From the NCBI GenBank assembly GCA_905250115.1, contig CAJNOI010000142.1, forward strand, positions 217,311-247,750: DNA of 30,440 bases. The letters run 5' to 3'. This DNA is from Adineta steineri. Lineage: Eukaryota. Within the stretch, counting starts at the first letter, position 1; each line of letters begins with the position of its first letter. This document shows positions 1 through 11,607 of the stretch, piece by piece. Both the position numbers and the translations under genes were made by a program. Under the pieces are notes generated by a model. The model saw nothing but the letters and a program-made list of their open reading frames with translations, was not told the DNA's origin and ran no database searches.

Positions 1-12
1 TCATATGGCCAT

Positions 13-196
13 CCACACCCACACCCACCCACCCACACCCACACCCACCCACCCACACCCACACCCACCCACCCACACCCACACCCACACCCACACCCAC
101 ACCCTCACCCCACACCCACACCCACACCCTCACACACACACACCCACACCCACACCCACCCCACACCCTCACACCCAACCCACACCCACACCCTCA
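13..196. repeat. C-rich CCCACA/CCCACCCACA tract, degenerate telomere-like minisatellite ending in CCCTCAA
   Basis: Continuous CACACCCACACCCACCCA repeats ending ...CACCCTCAAAAA; same end motif as the fold-back elements elsewhere in the window. The overlapping ORF 5..220 is low complexity. Confidence 0.9.
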
Positions 197-445
197 AAAA
201 ATGCTGTAAATGCCTTTTGATTTCTTCCCAGAAAGTACTTTTCGAAAATGAAACTTAATATTTATCTTTGTTATCAATCAATGATAGAAAAATGTTACCA
301 TTACTTTTCGAATTTAATCCTATTAAAATTGTGGCGTTCGAATCTATAACTGAATAAAGAATAGTTCATGTTTTTTTGACGAAAAGAGATCATTGTATAA
401 AATTTTCTGCCAAGAATATTTCAATTCTGAGCATTCTCACTTCAT

Positions 446-556
446 GTAGGTGTGAATGCATTATATCTATGGTACCCATACACACAGACGCACACACACC
501 CATATCCTCACTCTCACTCACGCCATTACACACTCACCCACACCCATTCCTCAGTT
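446..556. repeat. Degenerate G-rich/C-rich fold-back element
   Basis: Short left arm gtaggtgtga and long right arm cacacagacgcacacacacccatatcctcac...actcacccacaccc. Confidence 0.45.
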
Positions 557-1351
557 GTAAATTTTAAATATACTCGGCAAGAATTACAAGATTAGCGTTT
601 GTGTGGTTGGATACTGACAGTGTAGATGCGCTTGTGAATATTGTTATACGTGTTTATAGTTAATTATATGGATTTGTTATATTTATCTTACACCTAGCGC
701 TGAACTCCATTATAATTGATCATTTTATCCATCTATTCCACACTGTCGTTGATACATCGATTACCTAGAAAAGTTAAAAGCAAGCTTTACTATTTCTATA
801 ACAGAATGCCCAGATAAAACATTCATGTCAAGCGTTGGAAGATTTTAGATGCACTGACAGATTCAGTGTACGATGCATAAGTTTGTTTCACTTACAGCAG
901 TCTTTGTGAATGACTTCGTTCTGATGGAAGATGACTTATAAATTCTCAAATATACATACAAAACAAACATATCAAACCTCTGATCATTTTTACTACTATC
1001 GGCATCAAAACACAATGCACCTCGATATATTTTAATTATCTTAAAAACGAAAGCAGCGAAAAATATGCGGTGTTTGCTATTTGAAAGAGAAATATAGGAG
1101 AAGTAAAATTATAGATTTTGTTTAACCACCATGCGCACTTTAAAAAATATATCTTTTTAGAAACTTTTAGAGGATACCCAATTTAGTTACTGTTGGAAAC
1201 CTTTTAGAAGTTCTCGAACTGAGGTTTCTAAAGTTTCAGGGGCTCTGAAATAGACAAATATGTAGGCTACAGAGTCTTCATCCCAAAAACACATTAAAGG
1301 TTTCCGGACTAGCGGACCTCTTACAAGCGTTGCTTATCATGAGGATACCAC

Positions 1352-1437
1352 CTTGACGGTGTGGGTGTAGAATGTTGCAACACCTGCACTCACGTTTATA
1401 TTCACTCTAATCTGCACCCATACTCACCCACATCCTA
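1352..1437. repeat. GTGTGG/CCACAC fold-back element
   Basis: CTTGACGGTGTGGGTGTAG ... CACCCATACTCACCCACATCCTAG. Confidence 0.65.
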
Positions 1438-1602
1438 GCATAGACAGAGCATTAGGAGCTACGTAGAATGGTACTTGAACGAAATTTCTAATTCCTAAAC
1501 TTCTCGAGATAACTAAAATATATCGAGGTGCATTATATTTTAGCATCCATAGTAGGACACGTTATACCCGTATTTAACTGTAGAAACAACGTGTTATAAA
1601 AT

Positions 1603-2621
1603 TTACGAAGGTGTAAAAAGAAAATTTACAAAGGTATACTTACAATTGTAGGTAGAGCACAGATAAAAACATTGTACCTTATCCTCGTTGGCGCTGTTGA
1701 AAACTGCGCTAAGTAAAACGCCGTATGATCTTCGTTCATCTATATGGCTTCCAACATGCATTGCGATCGGAACAAAACACCACTCATTGCTAGAAAACAT
1801 GAAGTAAAGGCTACCAGAGTCACCGTCAGTAGCAAAAGGTGCTTCAGCGAGTTGGCTGTTAAGATTTTCTGGTCTGGGTAGCCAATTAACACCAATTAAG
1901 GGTGAAACCGTATTGATATGTGTCTTTTCTGCGACTCTATATTTGACATCTCTGGAAACATTGATCAAGTCGACGTCGAGATATCCTTGTGTTAGACCCG
2001 TTTCAGGACCAAATTTGAAAATAGAAATTTGTCTGGTTGAGTTCTCAGCCTGAGTTATACGGCAAAATTCTGTAATGTCTTCTACTGTCACCAACGTAGG
2101 GTCAGCATGACCTGGGTCAGGAGTATTTAAACTATTCTTTTCTTCATCGTCGTTTGAACTTCCATCATCATCTGTATTTCCATCATCATCTGTATTTCCA
2201 TCATCGTCTGTATTTCCATCATCATCTGTATTTCCATCATCATCTGTATTTCCATCATCGTCTGTATTTCCATCATCATCCGTATTTCCATCATCATCTT
2301 TGTTACGCATGTCTCTCTGTTCCTGAAAATCATTTATTTGTTGTTTAAAATTTTGCTTTGCTAGTGCTGTACAGTCAAGATTGTCCAATACACATAATGG
2401 TTTCCCTTTTATCGGACGAATACACATGTCCATATTTTTAAGACTAATCTTCAAACGATTATCTTGCTCTTTATCAATACTAATATAATTGGATGCTTTA
2501 ATATTGTGGTAAATATGTGTATCGTGCGCTGGCAAATCGTCAAGCACGTGATGTGCGCTTAGAACGTAGTGTTGTATATCTTGATTATTGGTTTTCGCTT
2601 GCAAAAAGCAACATACCGATC
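1603..2621 (-). CDS. Trypsin-like (chymotrypsin-fold) serine protease domain exon with acidic DDDGNT repeat insert; last identified exon of the minus-strand gene
   Basis: 333-aa ORF. Triad-like motifs in order: HYVLSAHHVLDD (His), LDCTALA (Asp), FATDGDSGSLYF...FVPIAMHVGS (Ser). Acceptor TTTATCTAG|GA at 2622. The 3' end is uncertain because a GTAAGT donor at 1643 may end the exon earlier. Confidence 0.7.
2162..2299. repeat. 18-bp in-frame minisatellite (about 7.6 copies) inside the protease exon
   Basis: Tandem ccatcatcatctgtattt units; on the minus strand they encode (DDDGNT)n. Confidence 0.95.
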
Positions 2622-2925
2622 CTAGATAAAGTTAAAAACGTGAAAAATAAGGGTTAAACATATCCAATTTTATACTGACAGTAGCACCAAACGTTTTTTT
2701 CCATCATAAAACGCTGATCTGATAGTGTGGGCTTAAAATATTGATTTTAGAAAATGTTACTACTATTTGTAGGTTATCAGAAATTCGTAAATAAGGCTTT
2801 CGTCAATAGAACACTCGCTAATGGTGAAAATCCAATGGTGTATTGATTAAATTTCATTGTACTTTCGTTAATTGACGAAATTTCACAGTGTGTATTCATG
2901 AAAGTACAGAGGACACTCGCGAACC

Positions 2926-2991
2926 CTCTTGAGGGTAGATGTAGATCGGGGATTACGATAGTAATCACACCCGCACCCACATCCTCAAGAG
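2926..2991. repeat. Fold-back element within a predicted intron (2622-3245)
   Basis: CTCTTGAGGGTAGATGTAGATCGGGGATTAC ... GTAATCACACCCGCACCCACATCCTCAAGAG. Confidence 0.75.
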
Positions 2992-3245
2992 CTCTTATCT
3001 TGGAGCAGTATCAAGAAAAACAATCTTGTTTCTAACCTTTTTGTCTACGATTTATCTTATAAAGTTAACCTGTAACCATTTGCTTCAGAAGACTATTTCC
3101 TTCAATCCATTCAATTTCACGCAAAGTTCTCTTGCCTACATGTCATGTTTTAATAGTAGATGGTTTTCTGAAGACGTACAGTATTTTCTCATGCTCAAAT
3201 TATTAAAGCATAAACACATCAACTACGACGCAGTGATTACATTAC

Positions 3246-3953
3246 CTATGCTTGATGCACAATTTATATTTGTATTCCAGATGCCACTTCCAAATTTGAT
3301 GTCATTGACAGCGAATACTTCTGCAAGTATTTCATTATCTTCAGTTTTGGACTTGTATTCAATTTCAATATCCCGATGATTTAGTAAATGTTTTAAGTTG
3401 GTGTCCATATTGTATGTAGCAATCAGAGCTTCGCAGGTTTCCTCAGATAAACATTTGTATTTAAGACGTCGGTCATGCTGACAAAAATATGGGAGAATTT
3501 GCCAAATGCCTTTTAATCTAAGTAAAAATGCTACGAATGTTTTTCTGAATACAAAATTCAGCTTTTGAAATTTTTGTTCAAGATTCATTTGATCGCCATT
3601 ACGTACATAGAAATAATGCCACGGATGGTAAATTCCATCACTGGAGTTATTGAAGCGCTTTATCAGTTTATAAACAAATTGCGTTACATTTTCATCTTTA
3701 ATTGTATCCCATTGGAGTGTATATAGTGGAAGTCCCGTAAGAAGATGCAGATTATACTCAATTGTACAGTTGAGAGGTGTGTTGTATACATGACAAATTA
3801 ATTGATCAGCTGCTGATACTATACCTTGCTCGATGAAATACGCTAGAGTAGGCCGACCGTAACCATCAATTGTGTTATTGAATGAATTCAAATAATTTAG
3901 TAATGATGAACACTCCCATGGAGATTTAGGTGATTGTTTACGAAGAGACGATC
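3246..3953 (-). CDS. Exon of the minus-strand protease-containing gene, unknown domain
   Basis: ORF 3223..3975 (-). Acceptor TTTGCAG|GA at 3954 and donor G|GTAATG at 3245. Phase-1 joining to the 2621 exon gives ...NCASSI-GSVCCFLQAKTNNQDIQHYVLSAHHVL, which resembles the N-terminal strand of a chymotrypsin fold. Confidence 0.55.
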
Positions 3954-4536
3954 CTGCAAATAGATCGAAGAACATTGATCAGCAACTTTATATTTCGTTT
4001 AACTGTGACATTCAGCTCAACAATATCCCTCATACAGCTCTCTTCTATCCCCACAATTTTTCGCTCTTTGCTTGTAATTTTACTTGCTAGTTTAGAATAC
4101 TTGTCGATATTATTAATTACGGATATGCTAAGCACTAACGAGAAAACCTCCCGAGACGTCCAACGCCGATTCTCTCCAATCATAGGTCATTTGATAGGGG
4201 GCATCGAAATAGTAAGAAGCCTAAAAGGATTGATGTAGACGACTCTTATTGAAAAGTTAAGGCCAGTTTCTATTCTTCTCAGCTTAAATGATCAAAAATT
4301 GAAAACTCTACAACTCAGCTAAGAAAGATCGTATATAGTTGAAATTTTAAGTACTACACGCTCATACGTACTGCTAACCAATCTAAAAATTTTAAATTGT
4401 TTGGTCGTTTCCTTCTTAACTTACAGGATTTTTGTTTATCATTTAAAAACAGGAACTATGTAGTGTCAAGAAATTTGATTTTCGTATGAGAGCTTCGGAA
4501 CTAAGGAAAATCAATATTGTGTGAGAGATCTCGCAT

Positions 4537-4622
4537 CTTGAGGGTGTGGGTAAGTGTGGATGTGGGCGGAAGAGAGTAAGAATATGGGTGAAAGGTGGAA
4601 AAAGGACACTCACACTCTCACG
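4537..4622. repeat. Fold-back element within a predicted intron (3954-4684)
   Basis: CTTGAGGGTGTGGGTAAGTGTGGATGTGGG ... GGACACTCACACTCTCACG. Confidence 0.65.
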
Positions 4623-4684
4623 ACAGACGCAGTTCATTACATTCAGCTTTTATTAGGAAAAGGTTCCAGTACTATAAAACTTAC

Positions 4685-5678
4685 CCTCAGCAAGATTTGA
4701 TACCAATCCGTTCGGTAACACAAGGTCAGCTGATGTAAAAATTGGAGTAAATTTTGCTACCGTTTCATTAATGCTCTTTGGTTCAGGAGCATGAAGCTGT
4801 GAAAAACGACGCACTCGACGTTCTGAGCTGTTATTAGAAGTTTTCGACACATATTCAAATGTGTTTGTACGTGTATTGAATTTATTTGCGAGAATAAATC
4901 GCACACCAGGCTCTCTTTCTACGGAATATCTTTTGTGGTAAATATCGAGAAGCACACAAGCAACAGCAGCTGACACAACGATTTTATACAAGTCGATCCA
5001 AGTTTCTTCTTTTATTAAATTTTGAAACCTTAGTAAAAATACTTGTTGACAAAAGTCTAAAAGTAACCATAGAGTGTCACGACACTGTTCAATGAAACCG
5101 TTCGTCGACTCTTCTATTCGTTTTGCCCATTTAGAAATGACTCGAGCGACCGCATTTTTGACAGGCAATCGATCATTCGTTTCCACAAAATATTCTTTCT
5201 TGTTATCATATTCTAGTTTTGGATTTGACTCGCTGATATACACAGGGTCAAGGACAACCTTATTGCACAAACACATGGGATATGCCTGTGTATTGTCGGC
5301 AAATCTGGCTATATTGCTAATAGTTATGGATTGATTTTGGCTTTTAGTCGCGTTTATGCCTACTGCGGCAAGAAAAGCTTTATTGTTCGGCCCGCTATGA
5401 ATAATTTTGAAAAGTTTTGTGCTTAGACGAGTCTTATGAAGATGACCAGCAATAGTAATTTCGAAAGACAAAACTGATACAATACGATCCAATGCCGTTT
5501 TAAGATCACGATGAACTGTATCATCATCAAGAGCAGAACAAAAGATTTTACTTAGTAAGTTTCGTATATCATCGGAAAGTATTATTCGAGTAGGTACTTT
5601 GGTACGATCGACTGAAGATAATAGTAAATTGTCATTAATGGATAGGCCATAGGAAAAATATTCAGGATCAGTAGTCAT
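4685..5678 (-). CDS. Unknown conserved-looking exon upstream of the protease exons
   Basis: 341-aa ORF (4653..5678, -). A GTAAGT donor after GAG G at 4684 is phase-compatible with acceptor 3954 (NLAE-G-SSLRKQ). The ATG at 5678 directly follows TTTTTTGTAG, so it may itself be internal. Confidence 0.55.
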
Positions 5679-5701
5679 CTACAAAAAATTTACAAATTGA
5701 C

Positions 5702-5787
5702 GGTATGGATGTGGGTGTGGGTGTGTAGGTATAGATAAAGACACAACAGCAACACCCACATTCACACCAACCCACCCACACCCTCAA
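5702..5787. repeat. GTGTGG/CCACAC fold-back element
   Basis: ggtatggatgtgggtgtgggtgtgtagg ... aacacccacattcacaccaacccacccacaccctcaaag. Confidence 0.8.
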
Positions 5788-5869
5788 AGTAAACTAAAAG
5801 ACATCAAAAGAAGTTTCTAAAACGAAATAAAATTTCATTAAAAACACTTTGTTCAACACAAATTCATCT

Positions 5870-5963
5870 GTAGATGGGTGGGTGTCTTTCGCTTGCTCAT
5901 GCAACCCTACTATCCCCACAACCACATCTGCACTCACACCAATATCTCACTCTCACACACACG
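5870..5963. repeat. Degenerate fold-back element
   Basis: gtagatgggtgggtgtc ... ccccacaaccacatctgcactcacacc ... ctctcacacacac. Confidence 0.5.
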
Positions 5964-6507
5964 GTGAAATGTTCTGTCCACCAAAATTTTTCGGCGATTT
6001 GACTGTCGACAAAATACATTTAAACAAACAACGCAATAACTTATATTTTATTACATTTTGTTGTTTTTTCGAAGCCATAGTTGTCTTCCATTAAGAAGAA
6101 TATAGTTTCGTGTCAACAATGGTTAATTGCCTAGCATTTAAATCTATTTGATTTTATATGTATTCTTTTTCTCTCTCTTTGCTATAATTTTTTTCGTTCG
6201 TTCTAGACGTTGAATGTTTTCTTTTTAATCTGTGTGCATTATTTTACAATAAAATGCGTCGTTGGGAAAAAGGAAAAAGCTGCAATTGTTGTTACTTTAT
6301 AAAACAAACGAAAAGAACATACAATCAGGCCTTCGAAGTGCTAATTCTTAAATGTGGTACATCCAATTTAAAAAGGCGTACGGGTGGGGTATAAATTTTT
6401 TAAAATAAGGTATACCGTGGAGGTACGCAAACTTTTTTAAGAAAAGACTAGTTGAATAAAAGCTACCTAAAAACTTATTCTCGTTGAAAGTAACATAATA
6501 TTTCACT

Positions 6508-7332
6508 ACCCATGTAAAAAAACTATAAAAAATTTGGTTAAAACTGATTTTCCGAGAAAAATCAAGAAAATGTGATTAGATACCACATTTTCTGATAAAA
6601 TCAGACCAAAAATCAATTTCAATCGATTAAACTGTAACACATAATAGATCTTAACAGATTTCTCCAGTGAAAATCGATTTTCATCGATTAAAGCATTCAA
6701 AGCAATATACTACAATGAATTTTAAAAATAATAATTGGTTTTAATAGATTTCTCTAATGAAAATCGATTCTAATCCATTAAATAGTTCAGATAATTTATC
6801 GCAAATCCTTTCTTCCAGATTCTAATCGATTTCAATAGGTTTCTATAACAGAAGCTGATTTTCATTGATTAAATAACTGAAAAGAATATATTTTAATCGA
6901 TGAATTCTTAGCTGATAATATACTTCAACAGATTTTTCTAACAGAAATCGATTTTGATCATAATGAAGAATAAAACTTGTTTTTCTCTAATTTCCAACTA
7001 TCGATGAGACTTCTCGTGCTTGTTCTCAGAATCATTGCATCGACAAATAATAAGTACAACGGCAGAGCAACCCGTGATACTATTATTATATTTCCAGATA
7101 CAATGTAGTCCGATATTCACCCACTTATGCAAAAATATTGATGACCCTGATTAAAATTGATTATTTAAGAAAAACTCATGAAAATCGGTTTCTATTCATT
7201 TTTCAGAAAAAAACAGATTTTAATTGACATTTTTGCCGATAAAAAATCGGGTACGAATGATGCCATTTATATCGATTTTTCATCATTGAAAAATCGATGA
7301 AAATTAAATTTTTCACGTTTTTTTACATGGGT
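6508..7332. mobile_element. Non-autonomous TIR element about 825 bp, interior rich in degenerate AATCGATTTTCATCGATTA palindromes
   Basis: Perfect 16-bp terminal inverted repeat ACCCATGTAAAAAAAC (6508-6523) / GTTTTTTTACATGGGT (7317-7332), similarity continuing AAAAAATTTGG / AAAATTT. No transposase ORF. Target duplication not clear. Confidence 0.75.
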
Positions 7333-7617
7333 GTTATCTATTCGATCCCGAGTATATTTCGCGATTTTTACAACAAAAATAGCATAACACAATGAGTTAA
7401 TAGCTTAGACAAAACAAAGAAGTTCGGTGTATAATATGAAAAACGCAAAAATACAAATACGGTACAAAAAGTGTACCCCGGTGATACATTTTTTTTCGCG
7501 GTAGAAAGTGTCGAAATGAGGTACAATACCCCCAAAATGGGGTACACTTGGTAGGTCTGATTACAAATTGGAATATATTATCACATCTCATAATTTGACA
7601 TTTATTACATTGAAAGA

Positions 7618-7668
7618 AGGGTGGGTGTGTGATAATCGCTACTGTTTATCTAAACCTACGTCCTCAAG
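7618..7668. repeat. Short degenerate fold-back element
   Basis: agggtgggtgtgtgat ... cctacgtcctcaag. Confidence 0.4.
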
Positions 7669-8084
7669 CTGGACCCTGATACCTCGCGATGATCCCACGA
7701 CCTTTTGGGATTGTATGTTGATAGTGCTTAAATGGTTTGGAAGTCTCCGGTAACTGCTCTAAGATGGATATGGGGGTATCATTGCCTGGCTCTCATCTAC
7801 ATCCGCAAGATTGCTCTCACCCTCTTCTAGACCATAAACGCTTCTAAATATCGACTGTGCTCCACTGATTACTTTCTTTATAGTATAGTTGATGTATCCG
7901 AGGGTGAAATTATTTTTCTCACCCTTACTCTGCCAAGTAGTTGCAAACTCTGCTCAATAGATAAATACTTGAAACGATCTTCGGCATTCACCTGTATGCG
8001 TTGAGAGACAAAAAAGCAATACCAGACCTACTACTCATTTGCGAGCTATGGAATGATTTCCTTTTCCTTGTACGGAAGGGAAAA

Positions 8085-8460
8085 TATTTTTTTTCCGGGA
8101 AAAAAGATTTAAGAACAAAGAAAAACAAGTTTTGTTCGTGAAGGAGAATGAAGCAACGCAAGGAAATAAATTCTGCCGGAAATCAGAATATAATGGAAAA
8201 GATAGACAGATTTTTTTTCCGAGAAAAAGGATGTAAGAATTAAAAAAAATAACTTTTGTTGATGAAGGAGAATGAAGTAATGTAAACAAAGAAATTCTTC
8301 TGGGAGCTAGAATATAACGGAGAAGAGGCAGGTTTTTTCCGGGGGAAAGGATGTAAGAACAAAGAAAAAGCAAGTTTTGTTCGTGAAGGAGAATGAAGTA
8401 ATACAGGTAAAGAAATTCTGCTGGAAACCAGAACATAACGGAGAAGAAAGACAAGTTTTT
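8085..8460. repeat. Tandem repeat, about 122 bp unit, about 3 copies
   Basis: Repeated ttttttccg(a/g)g(a/g)aaa(a)ggatgtaagaa...gttttgttcgtgaaggagaatgaag...ggaaa..agaa.ataa.ggagaag; unit starts spaced 124 and 121 bp. Confidence 0.85.
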
Positions 8461-8462
8461 TT

Positions 8463-8586
8463 CTTGAGGGTGTAGGTAAGCTTTGAAAGTAAAAAAAGGA
8501 GTTTTGCAGAACAATTATTAGTTGTGGGTGTGGGCGTGGGTGTGGGTGTCGATAGTTAAACAGTATAATACCCACACCCACACCCT
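8463..8586. repeat. Fold-back element with inner GTGTGGG/CCCACAC hairpin
   Basis: CTTGAGGGTGTAGG at 8463, then 8524-8586 gtgggtgtgggcgtgggtgtgggtgtcgatagttaaacagtataatacccacacccacaccc. Confidence 0.75.
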
Positions 8587-10668
8587 TTTTCTAACCAAAG
8601 TCCGCCATTATCGACGCATTGAATTTCAAAACACGTTGACAATGGTAGGGTTTGGTTCAGAAAAATTTGATTCGCTTTCATGGACTCAAGAAATATTCAA
8701 GTATAAAGGGTATTCAATTCTACATGAAACAAGATTATGACAAGAAGAAACAACTACATTCTTTAGTATTATGCGAACTCGATTCGTTAAAACATATATG
8801 TGTTAAAGTTAAAAACTATCTCTAGTTACAGAACGCTAATCATCTGGATAATCAATAATTGAATGCGAAGATTTTCGAAATACTGAAGGCGTAAAGAGCA
8901 ATTTTTTTCTTAATAGAAAAGTATAAAACACAGTATCAATATATGACTTTCGTATTTGCGTAACTTACAGTGTAATATGAATTACAATTATTAACATTCC
9001 TGTCTAGAATTAGCAGTATTGAGAGAGTATTTAGATCAAATAATCAATACTATTATTTTTAAAGTATATTGATTTAGATAAAAATACATATCCAATAGAT
9101 CGTTTCCTTCAGTCCAATTTTGACATAGTTTCAATAAATACCATAGTGCAATTGATGTAAATGGTTTCGAGAAAAGTTTATGGCAATACATTTACCAAAG
9201 TATTGCGGATTGAGACATCTAAGCGCAGCATATTCTTCATATATTAATCATGATTCTAATAGTTTGTATTCGAGAAATTGACCAAATAATTATCTTCCCA
9301 GTCGGCTTGCAAACAGTAGACGAATAAGCTTCAGAATATCATCTGATGTATCAAAAAAAAAAAGATTTTATTTAGTGATCATATTGATAGAGAAAAGGTA
9401 TTTCATCAATACGTTTTTGTTTGATTAATTTCTTGATCAGCTTAGAGAATTGATCTTTCCAATATAATTCTATGACTCCAATTTTTTAGCATATTTATCA
9501 AGAAGTAATTTAAAGATTTCTTTTGTTAGTATTTCTACAGCACAATAATTATAAATGATTAATTCGAAGAAACAGATGCTTTGTAATAGAGAGATAAAAT
9601 TCAATACAGACCAATAAGTCTTGTCGAATATATGAATTAAATCAATCAGCGATATTTCATGTACTTTAATTAATTTATTACATAAAAGAAAACATGAGAA
9701 ATTATAAATAAATCTATATGTATAAAGAAGAATGTTTCTTCTTTATGCATTCAACTTCTGTAATAGCTACGATCATCAAACTTTCTACGATGCTTTCTTA
9801 GGGCCCAAGGAACGTCGGTGAGTGGTTGGCATGATCATCAGGGGGTGAAAACGGGGGTTTGAGTAAAATTTCACTCAGGTAGTGCAGCGAGTACTTTCTC
9901 TAGTCATATATAACTGCTGTGAGATATAACACCTCGACTATACAAAGTTTCATACATATGAAAGAAATAAGCAAACATTGAATTTAGTTTATTAATATCT
10001 TATCATTTCTTTTTTTTCGTTAATATCTACCAGTAGCTTTTCAAAAGCGGCTAGATAATGCTCGAAATTTATGTACAATGTATTACTACTATTTCAAAAG
10101 AACTATATTCATACATTTAAATCATTTAATATTAATTATAATATCTTTTTGTGTCAATACATCGTAATAGTGCTAGCTCTTCATACTGTGTATACTATTA
10201 GGAAAAGATCAAATAAATAGGGGAAAAAATCAGGCTAGAAATCGAATCTTGTTCTGTGAAATTGTTTTATTAATGAATAAAGAAAATTTACAACAAAAAT
10301 TTTCATATATTAACAAATGAATTATTTATTAATTGAAAATATATTAAATTTACTTAATTATTTTGAAATAATTAATATAGTATGTGTTCTAATTCCATAT
10401 TTGGCTACTATCCATTGAATTTTGATACAACTATTTAAATTATTATATTTTGTAGTTAAGATTTCTTGACATTGATTTATTTCGTTTGAATCGTTACTAA
10501 AGACATTTCATTCAATACGAAAATAAACTTTTTGAATTTTAATCCAAATTGAATACCAATCGTAGATTAATTTTCCAAAAAAAAATATTCATCGAAAGCT
10601 CTACACTTAATATACAGATGAAGACGTTAAATGTTAGGTACTTTTCTTTGCAAATATTTTAGAAAAAT

Positions 10669-10724
10669 AGGGTGTGGGTGTGGCTATTGTTTCTTTGGCC
10701 CACACCCACACCCACACCCTCAAG
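10669..10724. repeat. Compact GTGTGG fold-back element
   Basis: AGGGTGTGGGTGTGG ctattgtttctttgg CCCACACCCACACCCACACCCTCAAG. Confidence 0.9.
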
Positions 10725-11607
10725 AAGTGTCTCGATCTGTGGGCCTTCAGATCCGATCCGTTTAAAGTACCATGTTTCTATGAACACCCAATGTAAAATT
10801 AATACCATCATTAGTCTTATAAATTCTTTTTTGCTTTTTCAATAGATCTCGAATAAACTGCAAACCTTTAAAACGTATAGTTGATACTTTGTAGAGATGA
10901 TACAGAATATCAATTATCGCATAAATCACTGTTATATAGACGAGTAAACCATCAAGTGAACATTTTCCGGTTTCATCTAAAGATGTGCGTAAAAGATCAA
11001 TGTCGAAAATAATTGATTTACATCTAGTGAATATAATCTAACATAACCATGAAGATATTAATACACTTATTATATTACAAAATGATTGTATGATCTTATC
11101 AACAGTGTCAAGCCATACTAGAAGTTTTTCAATTCGTTGCTGCTGTTGTCGTCTCATTCTTTTTTTGTCGTATAGATTACTTATCGACAATCGTAAAAAT
11201 GAATTGCCGATACATTTTTCATAATGTTTATCTACTTTTATGTATGAAAAAGGAAAAAACTAACTTATTCTTTACTCATATTTCTTGCTGTACCATTTTC
11301 AAAGAAAGAAACATTATTATAAATTAATCAGTTGAGATATCCAATATTGTTATTTGCTCAACATATTGAAAAATCCTGATCTTTTATTTATCGACATTCA
11401 TACCATAACGTCACATTATTTTCTATTTTTTTTTAAATATTTATTTATTTTTATTTCGAACAATTATTTCTAGTATTATATTTCATAATAATAGTTATTT
11501 TAATAAAAATGTAATATTATAAAAATAAAATATTAAATTTAATATCTAAACTAAACACTATTTGGTTAATAATATGAATTAATAAATGTCTATTAAATCG
11601 ATTTTTT

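Noticed and set aside
13-196. Calling this a true chromosome end
   Set aside because: The first 12 nt are non-repeat, the array is degenerate, and identical motifs occur internally many times.
5-220. ORF of 71 aa (HTHTHPPT repeats)
   Set aside because: Translation of a simple CCCACA tract; no non-repeat coding sequence.
2127-2348. ORFs 2127..2333 (-) and 2154..2348 (+)
   Set aside because: Alternative-frame and antisense readings of the 18-bp minisatellite in the protease exon.
3938-4238. ORFs 3938..4183 (-) and 3930..4238 (+)
   Set aside because: They lie in the predicted 3954-4684 intron; neither frame splices to the neighbouring exons cleanly and no motif is recognisable.
6352-7555. A larger element enclosing the 825-bp TIR element, suggested by ggtac/gtacc-rich flanks
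   Set aside because: Flank similarity (gtggtac, ggggtata versus ggtacac, ggtacc) is too short and misaligned to support termini.
8035-8514. 159-aa minus-strand ORF with repeated YILSPGKNLP-like peptide
   Set aside because: Arises from the 122-bp tandem repeat; unit lengths vary by non-multiples of three and the composition is not protein-like.
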